A stretch of 64,000 bases of DNA from Minisyncoccia bacterium (lineage in GTDB: Bacteria > Patescibacteriota > Minisyncoccia > Phycocordibacterales > Phycocordibacteraceae). Positions 11,574 to 21,923 of the stretch are shown piece after piece. The translations under genes were made by a program, and so were the position numbers. The DNA lies in NCBI GenBank assembly GCA_038207395.1, contig JBBQZW010000001.1, forward strand, positions 142,862-206,861, given 5' to 3'. The notes beneath the pieces were generated by a model, which searched no databases, was not told the origin of the DNA, and worked only from the letters and a program-made list of their open reading frames with translations. How positions within the stretch are numbered: the stretch's first letter is position 1; each line of letters begins with the position of its first letter.

Positions 11574-13520
11574 ATGACCTCAGCTCCCGCTCCGGCCCCA
11601 GCGCCGCGCGCTCCTCGTTCATCAGAATCATCATCTTCAGCGCCTGCGCGTGAAGAACGTGCACATGATACTCGTCCTCCTTCCAGAAGTGATGGGCCGT
11701 CACGCAACTCCAGTAATCGTACCCGTTCTAATAATGGTCCTTCACGCAGTGGAGGTCGTTCTATGCGCGATGCGCGCCGCCCTCAAATGCGTGGCGGAAA
11801 TACTCCAACACAAAAAAAAGAGGCTGATTATCATCCAGACCCTGTTGCCTCAAACGTTGTTCGCATTGTTCCTCTTGGAGGCGTTGAAGAAGTGGGTCGC
11901 AACATGGTTGCGCTCGAAGTCGGGGATGACATTTACGTCTTTGACGTAGGATTCCAGTTCGTATCCGAAGAATCATCACCCGGTGTTGATTACGTGCTTC
12001 CAAATACAAAATACCTTGAGCGTAACGCGTCTCGGGTTCGTGGCGTCTTTATCACACACGGTCACCTCGACCACATCGGAGGCATTCCCTTTCTCTTGAA
12101 CCGTTTTGGTAATCCACCAATTTACTCTCAGAATCTTACAAATGTAATGATTGCAAAGCGCCAGGAAGAGTACCCTGATGTGCCTAAGCCAGAACTCATC
12201 ACCGTAGAGGCAGGTACGAGCCGTATGGTTGGTTCACATAAAGTTACATTCTTCGCCGTTACCCACTCGATTCCTGATTCAATGGGAATCATGGTTGAAA
12301 CACCATACGGAAACGTTGTCGTTACCGGTGACTTAAAGCTTGAACACGAAAACGGTATTCCAACCGATAAAGAACAAAAAGTGTGGGGAGCGATCGGTAA
12401 GGAAAAGAACCTTTTCTTTATTGCTGACTCAACGAACGCAGAGCGTGATGGATTTTCTATCCCTGAAAGCCGTGTTCATACAACCCTTGAAGAAATTGTT
12501 CGTGGTGTATCTGGACGTCTTATCATTGGAACATTCGCATCTCAGTTCGAGCGTATGATTCGTATCATCCAGATTGCAGAGTCCATGGGTAAGAAGGTGG
12601 TAACCGAAGGTCGTTCAATTAAAACAAACCTTGAGATTGCCCAGAAGACTGGCCTCCTTACGGTAAAGAAAGACACGATAATCCAGGCTCAAGATATTCA
12701 GGATTATCCTGCAGATAAAATCGTTATCCTTTCAACTGGTGCCCAGGGTGAGGAATTTGCCGCACTTATGCGCATTGCTACAAAACAGCACAAGAACATT
12801 ACGCTTACACCTCGTGATACAGTCGTCCTTTCCTCGTCCGTTATTCCCGGAAACGAGATCAGTGTTCAGAAACTTAAGGACAACTTGTTCCGAAACGGTG
12901 CAAACATAATCCACTACCGATCTTCCGACGTTCACTCTACCGGTCACGGTAACTCAGGTGAGCTTGTGTGGATTAACCAGCAGGTTGGGGCGAAATTCTT
13001 TATGCCTGGATATGGTTACTACTCAATGACCTGGAGTCACGCAAAGGCAGTTGAGCAAGCAGGACGAGCAAAGGATAGTATCGTTATTGCAGACAACGGA
13101 AACGTTATTGATATTATTGATGGCGAGCGTATGGAAATTCATAAGCAAAAAGTTCCGTCTTCCCCACTCGTAGTGGATGGCTTCGCTATTGGCGACATGC
13201 AGGAGGTGGTTATTCGTGACCGCCAGGCCCTTTCTAAGGACGGTATGTTTGTTATCATCGCAACGGTTAATCTCAAGACCGGTAAGCTCCGCAAGTCTCC
13301 AGATATTATTTCTCGAGGATTTATTTACCTTCGTGAAAGCCAAGACCTCCTTAACGAAGCCCGTCTTCTTATTAAGAAAACGGTTGAGGATTCAACCCGT
13401 GGTATGAATCCTGTTGACCTGGATTACGTAAAAAATACCCTTACCGACACCGTGTCCGGATATCTCTTCAATGCAACGAACAAAGCACCTATGGTGATTC
13501 CCGTTCTTATTGGAGTCTAA
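11574..13520 (+). CDS. rnj: Ribonuclease J
   Basis: PLGGVEEVGRNM, THGHLDHIGG, HSIPD, HSTGH, PDIISRGF; low-complexity N-terminal extension. Confidence 0.95.
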   Translation: MTSAPAPAPAPRAPRSSESSSSAPAREERAHDTRPPSRSDGPSRNSSNRTRSNNGPSRSGGRSMRDARRPQMRGGNTPTQKKEADYHPDPVASNVVRIVPLGGVEEVGRNMVALEVGDDIYVFDVGFQFVSEESSPGVDYVLPNTKYLERNASRVRGVFITHGHLDHIGGIPFLLNRFGNPPIYSQNLTNVMIAKRQEEYPDVPKPELITVEAGTSRMVGSHKVTFFAVTHSIPDSMGIMVETPYGNVVVTGDLKLEHENGIPTDKEQKVWGAIGKEKNLFFIADSTNAERDGFSIPESRVHTTLEEIVRGVSGRLIIGTFASQFERMIRIIQIAESMGKKVVTEGRSIKTNLEIAQKTGLLTVKKDTIIQAQDIQDYPADKIVILSTGAQGEEFAALMRIATKQHKNITLTPRDTVVLSSSVIPGNEISVQKLKDNLFRNGANIIHYRSSDVHSTGHGNSGELVWINQQVGAKFFMPGYGYYSMTWSHAKAVEQAGRAKDSIVIADNGNVIDIIDGERMEIHKQKVPSSPLVVDGFAIGDMQEVVIRDRQALSKDGMFVIIATVNLKTGKLRKSPDIISRGFIYLRESQDLLNEARLLIKKTVEDSTRGMNPVDLDYVKNTLTDTVSGYLFNATNKAPMVIPVLIGV

Positions 13521-13545
13521 CGAACGTGGTGGAGAAGACATGAGT

Positions 13546-13575
13546 AAAGCCGCACCCTTTGGGTGCGGCTTTTTC
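13546..13575. terminator. Bidirectional terminator
   Basis: aaagccgcaccc-ttt-gggtgcggcttttt between convergent genes. Confidence 0.85.
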
Positions 13576-13597
13576 ATAGCATACCTGCCAGCACAAA

Positions 13598-13873
13598 CTA
13601 GGCCGCTTCAAGACGGTGTTCTGTTTCAGACGATCCGCGCAGCAACACAACGTGAGTTTCATACCACTCGGTGGTGGCAGTAATCCAGTTATCTTCTTGC
13701 TTCACCGTGCCTCTCCAGCCACACGAGCAATGCGCCCGAATCTTCGGAGAAGATGAATGAGCTCGTGAGCTATCAATAGGATCTTCACTCGGATTATGGG
13801 CTGAAAAGCTATGGCCGAGAGCGTCTCCCACCTGATGTAGATGGCGCGCCTTAGCTGAATCTGTTGCAAACAT
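13598..13873 (-). CDS. Hypothetical protein with possible metal-binding CxCGW motif
   Basis: 91 aa; AHCSCGW...WYETH; GGGAG upstream. Confidence 0.5.
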   Translation of the reverse strand: MFATDSAKARHLHQVGDALGHSFSAHNPSEDPIDSSRAHSSSPKIRAHCSCGWRGTVKQEDNWITATTEWYETHVVLLRGSSETEHRLEAA

Positions 13874-13966
13874 TACTATATTCTCCCAAAGACCAATGTA
13901 GCGAGCATACCAGGGCAGGTGTTTTGATTCAAGTGAACGCGTGATAATGGTAGAATCTAGCTATCT

Positions 13967-15118
13967 ATGCGTCCACGTTCTTTGCTTGCTCTTAGCAACT
14001 TCTTTGCTTTTGCTCCGTACTATTTAAGTATTTATGTTCTAGCACCATACCTTGCGACCTTCATGTCCGCGAGTACCGCAGGTCTTGCATTGTCATTAGG
14101 CGGAACAATGACCCTTATCATCTTCCCTTTTATTCCCCGCTGGGTAGCAAAACGAGGACCTCAAAAACTTGGTATCATCTTCGGCTGTATTCAAGGTATT
14201 GCACTTCTTTTACTTTCTCAGCACCCCACACCACTTGTATCAATATTCTTAATCGCCGTTGCGGTAGCGGTAGCTCCACTCATTGTGTATCAGCTGGATT
14301 TGCTTCTTGAAGCATGTGTTGATGATGAAGGAAGTACAGGGCGAGTTCGTACGGCATTTACAACGGCCGGTAACGCTGCGCTTGTTCTTTCACCTGTCGT
14401 TATTGGCTTACTTCTCCACAACGGTGACCAGTATGGTCGCGTATTCTTTGTTGCAGCTCTTTCTATCCTTCCGTTTATACTTTTAATGTACTCACATTCA
14501 CTTCCTGCCGTTACTCCTCAGAAAATCCCAAGCTTACCTCAGGCGTTTCTAAAATTCTCTCGAAGTCGTGATCTTAGGGCAATAGCGTTCTCTAGTACCA
14601 TTCTCCATTTCTTGTTCCAACTCACCCCCCTCTATGTTTCACTCTACCTCCACACTTCTCTCGGAATTCCGTGGAGTAGCCTGGGGTGGATTCTGGCGAT
14701 GTCTCTAATACCCTTCATTCTACTTGAATACCCTGCTGGCTTGCTTGCTGATACAAAAATTGGTGACAAGGGTTTGTTAGTAGCAGGATATATAATTGCC
14801 GGACTTTCATTTGCCTCTATTGGATTTGTTACAGAGACAACGCCATTGCTTGCTATTGCTGGAATATTAGTTCTTCTTCGCGTCGGCGCATCGCTCATTG
14901 AATCTATGACCGAAGTTCATTTCTTTCGCCGAGTATCCTCCCAGGATGCTGATATGGTAAGTATCTTTCGTATGACGCGCCCCGTCGGGGCGCTCACCGC
15001 GCCCCTCATCGGCAGTATTCTTCTTTCTGCGGGAGGCTACTCACAACTTTTTACCGTATCCGGATGTATTGTTCTTATCTTTGGTCTGGTGAGCGCACTT
15101 GCTATCCGTTCAAATTAA
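13967..15118 (+). CDS. MFS transporter
   Basis: About 12 hydrophobic segments; EYPAGLLADTKIGDK loop motif. Confidence 0.85.
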   Translation: MRPRSLLALSNFFAFAPYYLSIYVLAPYLATFMSASTAGLALSLGGTMTLIIFPFIPRWVAKRGPQKLGIIFGCIQGIALLLLSQHPTPLVSIFLIAVAVAVAPLIVYQLDLLLEACVDDEGSTGRVRTAFTTAGNAALVLSPVVIGLLLHNGDQYGRVFFVAALSILPFILLMYSHSLPAVTPQKIPSLPQAFLKFSRSRDLRAIAFSSTILHFLFQLTPLYVSLYLHTSLGIPWSSLGWILAMSLIPFILLEYPAGLLADTKIGDKGLLVAGYIIAGLSFASIGFVTETTPLLAIAGILVLLRVGASLIESMTEVHFFRRVSSQDADMVSIFRMTRPVGALTAPLIGSILLSAGGYSQLFTVSGCIVLIFGLVSALAIRSN

Positions 15119-15927
15119 GTAGGTAATGCATATCCGTTCTTTCTTTTAGTAATCAATCCCTCATTGAGAAGTCTTTCAAGCTGACTAGTAACCTGTTCCG
15201 TACGATCTGATGGAAAGAGTTTTACGAGCGCCCCTCTAGTCTTTGGCTGAGCTGCAAGCTCACGAAGAATAGCTCCCCTAACTTCTCGAGCAGAGCCAGT
15301 AAATCTGCTTTGTTTGGTATATCCCTTACTTTTTGCATTAATTCGTATACCCGAGCGTTTAAGATGCGCTCCATAGTCCATGAGCGCTGCGTTCCAGTCT
15401 CTAGACCCATCTGAATCTAGTTTTACTTTCTTAAGCACTGCAATTACTTCAGTATCCAAGACTTCTGTACGATCGGGAAAGAAATGATGAATGACTGCCG
15501 TTCGAATATTTGTCTCAATCAATATCACGTCTTGATCGTATGCAAACGCAGCAACGGCACGTGCGGTATATGAACCCACTCCCGGAAGCGTTTCTAATAC
15601 CTCTACGGTCTTTGGCATTACTCCTCTATATTCACGTACCACCGCTTTTGCTGCCTCGTGAAGCATCTTTGCACGGCGGTTATATCCCAGACCTTGCCAA
15701 GAGATAAGTACATCAGAAAGAGGTGCATCGGCAAGGCTCTGTATGTTTGGATACTTTTTCATCCACGCACTAAAGTACGGAATTACGCGCTCCACCTGGG
15801 TCTGCTGCAGCATGACTTCAGAAACCAACACTCTATAGGGGTTATGGGTTTTCCTCCACGGAAGAGAATGTCGTCCCTGTTTCTTGTAATACTCCCAAAC
15901 TATTTTTTGAAATGCTGATACGGTCAT
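15115..15927 (-). CDS. mutY: A/G-specific adenine glycosylase (MutY-like, no Fe-S motif)
   Basis: LPWR, VSEVMLQQTQV, WQGLGYNRRA, LPGVGSYTA HhH, ALMDYG. Confidence 0.88.
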   Translation of the reverse strand: MTVSAFQKIVWEYYKKQGRHSLPWRKTHNPYRVLVSEVMLQQTQVERVIPYFSAWMKKYPNIQSLADAPLSDVLISWQGLGYNRRAKMLHEAAKAVVREYRGVMPKTVEVLETLPGVGSYTARAVAAFAYDQDVILIETNIRTAVIHHFFPDRTEVLDTEVIAVLKKVKLDSDGSRDWNAALMDYGAHLKRSGIRINAKSKGYTKQSRFTGSAREVRGAILRELAAQPKTRGALVKLFPSDRTEQVTSQLERLLNEGLITKRKNGYALPT

Positions 15928-16619
15928 CAAATCTCGTAAATCACGTCCTTGCGCTCAACGATAACTTTCCACAAGCGCTGCATGGCATGGCGGTATAGTG
16001 CTCGGTTTGGATTAAAGGCGATAGGTTCTTCCACTAATGCAAGCATTGAGATATCACTTTCCGTATCCCCCACTCCCACCGAACCACTAAGCGTAAGATT
16101 CTCCTTTTCGAGAGCACGAGTAAGGATGCTGGCCTTGTTCATAATAATATGTTCGTCTTCAATCTCTCCCGTAAAGCGGTTCGTAGCGCCCGTAGTGTAA
16201 AACGTACCGTATGACTTATGAAACCCTAATTCATACGCGAAACCATCGACGATAAACTTTGGTGAGTGGGAAATAGCGAGTAGGTAGTATCCTTTATTTT
16301 TTAGATCAGTTATAAGATCACGCGTATACCGGTACGTGCGGCCATGCATTTCTTCAATCACTTCTCCGGCGACGTCTGCTACGTCACTGTATGCCGTACC
16401 CTTCAAATACGTTCCGAAAGACTGCACGACTTTCTTAATGTACGGCTCGTAATCTGCTTTTCGATCTAACCACTCTTCCTGCGCGCGTTCATAGTCCTTT
16501 CGTGCTTCTTCAGGAAACACGCCGCGAAGTATTAGCCGGTCCACTAACTCAATCAAAAGAGATGATCTGAATACGGTTCCATCAATATCAAATACGGCTA
16601 CAGGGCGGGCGCTATCCAT
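15927..16619 (-). CDS. HAD-IB family hydrolase
   Basis: FDIDGT motif I, GVGDTESDISML motif IV, AFNP. Confidence 0.88.
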   Translation of the reverse strand: MDSARPVAVFDIDGTVFRSSLLIELVDRLILRGVFPEEARKDYERAQEEWLDRKADYEPYIKKVVQSFGTYLKGTAYSDVADVAGEVIEEMHGRTYRYTRDLITDLKNKGYYLLAISHSPKFIVDGFAYELGFHKSYGTFYTTGATNRFTGEIEDEHIIMNKASILTRALEKENLTLSGSVGVGDTESDISMLALVEEPIAFNPNRALYRHAMQRLWKVIVERKDVIYEI

Positions 16620-16721
16620 ATATATATGGTACCGCATTGCAGTAGCTATTGCTTTTTAGCTAATTTTGTTGCACAATACTATGGGTGTACATTCCGCACT
16701 CATACTGACAAAGGAAAAGAA

Positions 16722-17228
16722 ATGCTGATATCTCAAAGCGATGATCCGCTATTGATGAAACTTCGGGACGCTATCGTGAAGGCGCTGATAACCAGCGACC
16801 TCGACCAAGACGAAAGAGCAGCGATTGCTTTTTCATACTGGGACACCGTCGTTCGCAGCTACATCGGCTCCGGGGACTTCCAAGGCTCCTGGTGGCGCAT
16901 CAAAGCCGCTGCGCTCGGGGAAAAGGTCTTCGAAGGCCCTAACCGGGTCTGTCGGCCAAACCTCGAAGGCGAACCGGTCGGCCTGGTGTGCGCACCGCGT
17001 GAGATCATGGGTTTCATTCATGTTCTCTATTACGCCATGCATCAAGCGAAGATCGAGCTGGATCATGATAACCAGACTCCGGCCTGGGGCGCAATGTTCC
17101 AGCCGGGCGCCCGAACGGCTGGATTGATGCGAGGCCAGTCCGGTATCTCGTTCGAGATTGCCGCTCAGATGGCAGAGGTCATCGATTACTGGGCGAGCAA
17201 TCACAGCAGAATCGCAGTCGCCGCTTGA
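16722..17228 (+). CDS. Hypothetical protein (ORFan, GC-richer)
   Basis: ORF with AAGGA RBS and terminator at 17254-17283. Confidence 0.65.
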   Translation: MLISQSDDPLLMKLRDAIVKALITSDLDQDERAAIAFSYWDTVVRSYIGSGDFQGSWWRIKAAALGEKVFEGPNRVCRPNLEGEPVGLVCAPREIMGFIHVLYYAMHQAKIELDHDNQTPAWGAMFQPGARTAGLMRGQSGISFEIAAQMAEVIDYWASNHSRIAVAA

Positions 17229-17253
17229 TATTGTATATATCTTAAGCATATAG

Positions 17254-17283
17254 AGCCGGGTGTCTTAGGACATCCGGCTTTTT
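17254..17283 (+). terminator. Rho-independent terminator
   Basis: agccgggtgtc-ttag-gacatccggct + T-run. Confidence 0.8.
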
Positions 17284-17507
17284 AATAAACGTTCAGAAAT
17301 ATCTCATTGAGATTTAATAAAAACTTGATCGCTGATTTTGTAATCTCTTATACGTATGAGTTCTTTTTCTAGGAGAAGTAGAATAAATGCCTAGCAGGCT
17401 AGTTGGAATTATTGACCACGTCTTAACACGGCACCTCTGACCTATAAAACATAGCTCCGGTTACCCATTGCTTTGCTATGTATACTTATTGGTATATATC
17501 TCATGAC

Positions 17508-19538
17508 ATGAGTTTTATTTCACTTATTATCTTGGGTGCTGCTATTGTAAGTATCGGTATTGGGTATAGGGTACTTTTTGAATCCCGAAGGAACCCCGTT
17601 AATCAAGCATTTTTTCTATTCTCGATAGGAACAGCTCTATGGATTGGTGGGTACGGGATGATTATTGCCACCCACAACGATGTATATCTTCCAATACTAA
17701 ATGGTGGTGGCTTGTTGCTCGTGATAGGTCTTACTTATTTTGCACAACTATTCCCGACTCCTACACCGATACCTTTTTCACGCTGGTTATTTTGGTTACC
17801 CTTAATTGCGGGAGGTGCTCTATTACTTCTAAGTAACAAGATTGTACTCGGTGTATCTTTTTCATTAGATGGAACAATGAACGTTACCCATGGGCCGCTA
17901 GCTCCCGTTTGGAGTCTATTACTACTTTTGTATATACTCATCAGCGTAGGTTTTTTTATCAGAAGTTACATTTACGCAACTGCAAGGAATCGCGCATTAC
18001 TCTGGTTTATATATACAGGTATTAGTCTATTTGTTATTACTTCCATACTTTTTGATGCCGTCCTTCCTTCATTTTTTGGATTTACTCAATTAAGTGATCT
18101 GGGTCCACTAACTTCTTTATTTTTTCTTTTCGCAACGTCACTCGCAATTACAAAACACCGTTTTCTTAACATTCGAGTTGTACTTCAACGAAGTCTCGTA
18201 TACTCAGTGTGTACATTCATACTCACCTGTATATATGTACTACTACTAATAAGTATCGAGGAAGTGTATAAGGGTGTGTCAAATATGGCAGCACCACTAA
18301 GTGCCGGAATTACAATACTTATTAGCATGTACACATTACCGAGAATGGAGAGCTACTTTCGAAGAATTAGTGATCCTTACTTTTTTAAAGATCGATATGA
18401 TTATTTTTCAGTTTTAGATTCACTATCTGAATCTTTAAATAGAAATCTGAACCTTCGACCGCTCGTACTACAAAGTCTCACTGTTTTGGAAAAAGCATTT
18501 AAACCAGAATTTGCTTACTTTATACGTACCGAAACTTCTACATGCTATTCACATTTAAATTATTCAGATTTAAATGAGCGAATGTTGGTTACAGAAGATT
18601 GTGTTGAAATACATATCAGATCTGACTCTCGTATGATTGGTACATATATTCTTGGGCCAAGGCGCTCTGGTGATTCGTACGGCGAAATAGACCATTCACT
18701 GATGAAGACTTTTGCGAGTCATGCTAGAGTTTCATTCGAAAAAGCCGAGCTTTACCAAAAACTTCGAGATCATAAAGAAAATTTAGAAGTGAGGGTGGAT
18801 GAGCGAACAAAACACTTACATGAACTGCAAATTAGACAGCGTGAGTTTTTTGATGATATTTCGCATGCTCTACAAACCCCGTTAACTGTAGTACGCGGAG
18901 GTCTAGAGTTATTGAAGAAGAATCTGCATTCAGGAGATATTCGTACCCATACCATCGTAAATACAAGTGTGGAGGACCTTTCACGACTTATTAGCTCTAT
19001 ACTTCAACTTGCTCGCATTGAGTCATACTCTTCTGAGAGTCAGATGTCGTTAGTTGATCTTACTTCTATAATTCTTCGTACTTCTGAATATGTACGCATT
19101 ATTGCGGAAGCATCTGATATTTCCTTGTCATTGGAAATAGACTCTTTACCACTATTCATTCGAGGAGATGAGAAGCAAATTGAAGAGATGTGTACAAACT
19201 TACTTAGTAATGCCGTAAAATATACTTCCAAAAGTAAAATTAGACGCATTTCCATTTCTTTACTACTACATGATGGTAATGCAATTCTCTGTATTACCGA
19301 TACTGGGATTGGAATGACACATAACCAACTAGAAAAAGTATTTGATCGTTTCTACCGCGCTTCGGAAACAAAACCTATTAAAGAAGGATTTGGACTAGGT
19401 CTGGCAATTACTAAACGAATTATTGAACGACATAACGGGAATATTCGCTATTCCAGTACTTTTGGTGAAGGTACGACAGTAACCGTCAGCCTTCCTGCTG
19501 AACTACCGGTAAATCCTCATGCACAAACACCTCTTTAA
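17508..19538 (+). CDS. Multi-TM sensor histidine kinase (HisKA_7TM-like N-terminus)
   Basis: DISHALQTPL H-box, NLLSNAVKY N-box, DTGIG, FDRFYR, GFGLGLAI. Confidence 0.9.
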   Translation: MSFISLIILGAAIVSIGIGYRVLFESRRNPVNQAFFLFSIGTALWIGGYGMIIATHNDVYLPILNGGGLLLVIGLTYFAQLFPTPTPIPFSRWLFWLPLIAGGALLLLSNKIVLGVSFSLDGTMNVTHGPLAPVWSLLLLLYILISVGFFIRSYIYATARNRALLWFIYTGISLFVITSILFDAVLPSFFGFTQLSDLGPLTSLFFLFATSLAITKHRFLNIRVVLQRSLVYSVCTFILTCIYVLLLISIEEVYKGVSNMAAPLSAGITILISMYTLPRMESYFRRISDPYFFKDRYDYFSVLDSLSESLNRNLNLRPLVLQSLTVLEKAFKPEFAYFIRTETSTCYSHLNYSDLNERMLVTEDCVEIHIRSDSRMIGTYILGPRRSGDSYGEIDHSLMKTFASHARVSFEKAELYQKLRDHKENLEVRVDERTKHLHELQIRQREFFDDISHALQTPLTVVRGGLELLKKNLHSGDIRTHTIVNTSVEDLSRLISSILQLARIESYSSESQMSLVDLTSIILRTSEYVRIIAEASDISLSLEIDSLPLFIRGDEKQIEEMCTNLLSNAVKYTSKSKIRRISISLLLHDGNAILCITDTGIGMTHNQLEKVFDRFYRASETKPIKEGFGLGLAITKRIIERHNGNIRYSSTFGEGTTVTVSLPAELPVNPHAQTPL

Positions 19539-19794
19539 CTTCGATAAGTGCTTCGAGCATAAAACGAAGCTCTTTAGCCTTTACTGAATCATAGGGAATA
19601 TTAGGATTCGTAAAATATTTAAGCGTTTCTGAAAATGTCTGGACTCCTTCGCTCAAGTAGGTCGAAACAGTAACATCGTTAAATTCTTCCCAGGCACTAG
19701 CATCACGTATAATTGCAGTAGTTGTACGAGCCGTACCACAATAAACAAGAACTGGAAATGTAGTACGTGAATAACGCGTTTTTAATTCACTCAT
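19486..19794 (-). CDS. Hypothetical protein
   Basis: 102-aa ORF downstream of radC, same strand. Confidence 0.55.
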   Translation of the reverse strand: MSELKTRYSRTTFPVLVYCGTARTTTAIIRDASAWEEFNDVTVSTYLSEGVQTFSETLKYFTNPNIPYDSVKAKELRFMLEALIEVKEVFVHEDLPVVQQEG

Positions 19795-19806
19795 AGGGTG
19801 TAAGTG

Positions 19807-20535
19807 TTATTCGACAGGAATACTCACAAAGCCTTCGTCAGTCACGATTACGTGGTCAATGAGATCAATTCCCAGAACTCGTCCAGCTTCTGCGATCTGT
19901 AGAGTTACAACACGATCTGCTTCGCTGGGTGTAGAAATACCGGATGGATGATTGTGGACCAGAACAATCGCTGCAGCTGCATGAGCGAGCGCAGGACGAA
20001 AAACTTCACGAGGGTGGATAAGGTTTGCATCAATTGTTCCGATGGAAAGTACTTCGTCATGAATGACTTGATAGTGCGTATCTAGATACAGCCCTCGTAG
20101 GTGCTCTTTAGTAAGCGAACGCATATCAACAGTGTGGTCAAAGACATCTTTTGCGGTACGAATGACAGCTGCACCATTTCGCTTCTTCTGAAAGAATCTG
20201 CGTCCTAGCTCACCCGCTGCTATAATCTGCATTGCTTTACCTAACGGTATATCAGCATCCATTGCAAGCTGTTTCGCATCAGTACTTGAAAGTAAGCTTC
20301 TTTCTCCATATTCCCGAACTATCCGAGTACTCATAGTAAGCACCTCTTCTTTTCGAGTACCTGCTGAAAGTAGTATTGCCATAAGTTCCTGTGCAGTAAG
20401 AGCGTTTGGACCATGATCGAGCATTCGCTCGCGTGGTTTATCTTCTTCGGGAAGATCTCGCACTTTGAGTACGTATTTCTTATTTGATGTTCCGAGAAGA
20501 AGATCGTGATTTCGCATTAGATACGTCTGTTCCAT
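19807..20535 (-). CDS. radC: RadC/JAB-domain protein
   Basis: DKPRERM, HPREVF, HNHPSG..PSEAD, DHVIV. Confidence 0.93.
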   Translation of the reverse strand: MEQTYLMRNHDLLLGTSNKKYVLKVRDLPEEDKPRERMLDHGPNALTAQELMAILLSAGTRKEEVLTMSTRIVREYGERSLLSSTDAKQLAMDADIPLGKAMQIIAAGELGRRFFQKKRNGAAVIRTAKDVFDHTVDMRSLTKEHLRGLYLDTHYQVIHDEVLSIGTIDANLIHPREVFRPALAHAAAAIVLVHNHPSGISTPSEADRVVTLQIAEAGRVLGIDLIDHVIVTDEGFVSIPVE

Positions 20536-20632
20536 AATGATTAAAGTATACAACCAAAGGGTCACGCTTACGCGCAACCCTTTGAGGATAGAACAACATC
20601 CTTAGAAAGAACCTAAAAGAAAGATAAAGTTT

Positions 20633-21178
20633 TTATGACTTTTTGCTCCATTTTTGCTTAATCCATGGCTCAATTACAAGGTCTTCTACCACCACCCCAA
20701 TAAATGCCAGAATGACCAGAAATATCACAAGCGCATGCCCTCCGTGCTCTCCAAAGAAGCTTGTTATGGGGTTTTCGTGCTGTCCTACAGGAAGAACGGT
20801 AATATCGTCAAAATCAAGGGTAAAAGAGGGTAGATCTGCCTGTGTAGAGTGCCCCGTAAGAATGGCAGCATATTCACCTTCTGAAGGGAATATAAAATTA
20901 GCTAGCAATGTCGCACTCTCAGCCTGAATGGTTGTCGTGGCAAACAAGCTATGACTCATTACTTCCAAGGTATACGTGTACGCAGAAGGATTAAATGTAC
21001 GAGCTGAGTCGCTCATATAAAACTCAAACGTTGCCGGCTCGGTGCTTGTGGGTTTATGCGCAGGCTTTAGATGCATTCTGGCGGTAACGGTTCCACTTTC
21101 CTCTTGCACATGAGCGTGCACAAACGATACGGGCAGTACGAGCGCAATCGCACATACGAAAGATACGAGCTTTTTCAT
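20633..21178 (-). CDS. Exported, membrane-anchored hypothetical protein
   Basis: Signal peptide ending VHA-H, C-terminal TM. Confidence 0.7.
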   Translation of the reverse strand: MKKLVSFVCAIALVLPVSFVHAHVQEESGTVTARMHLKPAHKPTSTEPATFEFYMSDSARTFNPSAYTYTLEVMSHSLFATTTIQAESATLLANFIFPSEGEYAAILTGHSTQADLPSFTLDFDDITVLPVGQHENPITSFFGEHGGHALVIFLVILAFIGVVVEDLVIEPWIKQKWSKKS

Positions 21179-21185
21179 TTAGTTT

Positions 21186-21602
21186 CTAGCGTGTTTTCCG
21201 CGTATTTTGATTCATAAGCGTTATTGAGATCTGAAGCACAGAAGCAAACGAAACCCAAAATAGATATGGAATATTTATGTATGCAACCCAAGAGAGATAG
21301 GGATATATTTCATTGAGCGCATATATAAGGGTGGCAAGCACAAGAAGAATATCTATCGTTGCGAGGACATTGTTTCGAAGTCCAAACTGTAGTGGGGTGA
21401 AAAGAACGTTGAAAATAAGATTCAACGCAAAAATCAATACGATTGAGGAAGGAATTACTCCCAAGTATCCTTGGTATGCAGTATATCCAAATGAAACAGC
21501 GATGATGAGATACAAGACTGACCAAACTGGTCCGAAAATCCATGACGGGGGTGCAAAGAACGGTTTCTTTAATTCGCGGTACCAAGTTTTTGTTCGATTC
21601 AT
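21186..21602 (-). CDS. tspO: TspO/MBR tryptophan-rich sensory protein
   Basis: WYRELKKPFFAPPSWIFGPVWSVLY, PYLFWVSFA. Confidence 0.92.
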   Translation of the reverse strand: MNRTKTWYRELKKPFFAPPSWIFGPVWSVLYLIIAVSFGYTAYQGYLGVIPSSIVLIFALNLIFNVLFTPLQFGLRNNVLATIDILLVLATLIYALNEIYPYLSWVAYINIPYLFWVSFASVLQISITLMNQNTRKTR

Positions 21603-21666
21603 ATACTAACAATACTACATTTAGATACCATGTTTATTAGCTTATTTTCAGCACATCTAGCCACCT

Positions 21667-21909
21667 CTACTTCACGAGTTGTAATTTCTCTACACGAGTT
21701 AATCCTTTTATCCTCGACTCTTCTTTTGCGGCCTCACTCCGGTCTGCACATGGTGCAGAGTATATAAGAGTCACAGGCCGTCGCGCGCGCGTATACTTCG
21801 CCCCCAGTGTGGATTCGTTATGCTCTTTTACTCTTCGTTCAAGATCATTAGTAGAGCCGGTGTACAGTGAGCCATCAGCGCATTTGAGAATATACGTATG
21901 CCAGGACAT
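21667..21909 (-). CDS. GIY-YIG nuclease family protein (UPF0213)
   Basis: YILKCADGSLYTGSTNDLERR..H..GAKYTR. Confidence 0.9.
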   Translation of the reverse strand: MSWHTYILKCADGSLYTGSTNDLERRVKEHNESTLGAKYTRARRPVTLIYSAPCADRSEAAKEESRIKGLTRVEKLQLVK

Positions 21910-21923
21910 AGAGCGTAATGCGT

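Noticed and set aside
11574-11830. Low-complexity Arg/Ser/Pro N-terminus of RNase J
   Set aside because: Disordered extensions are common on RNase J; not a separate feature.
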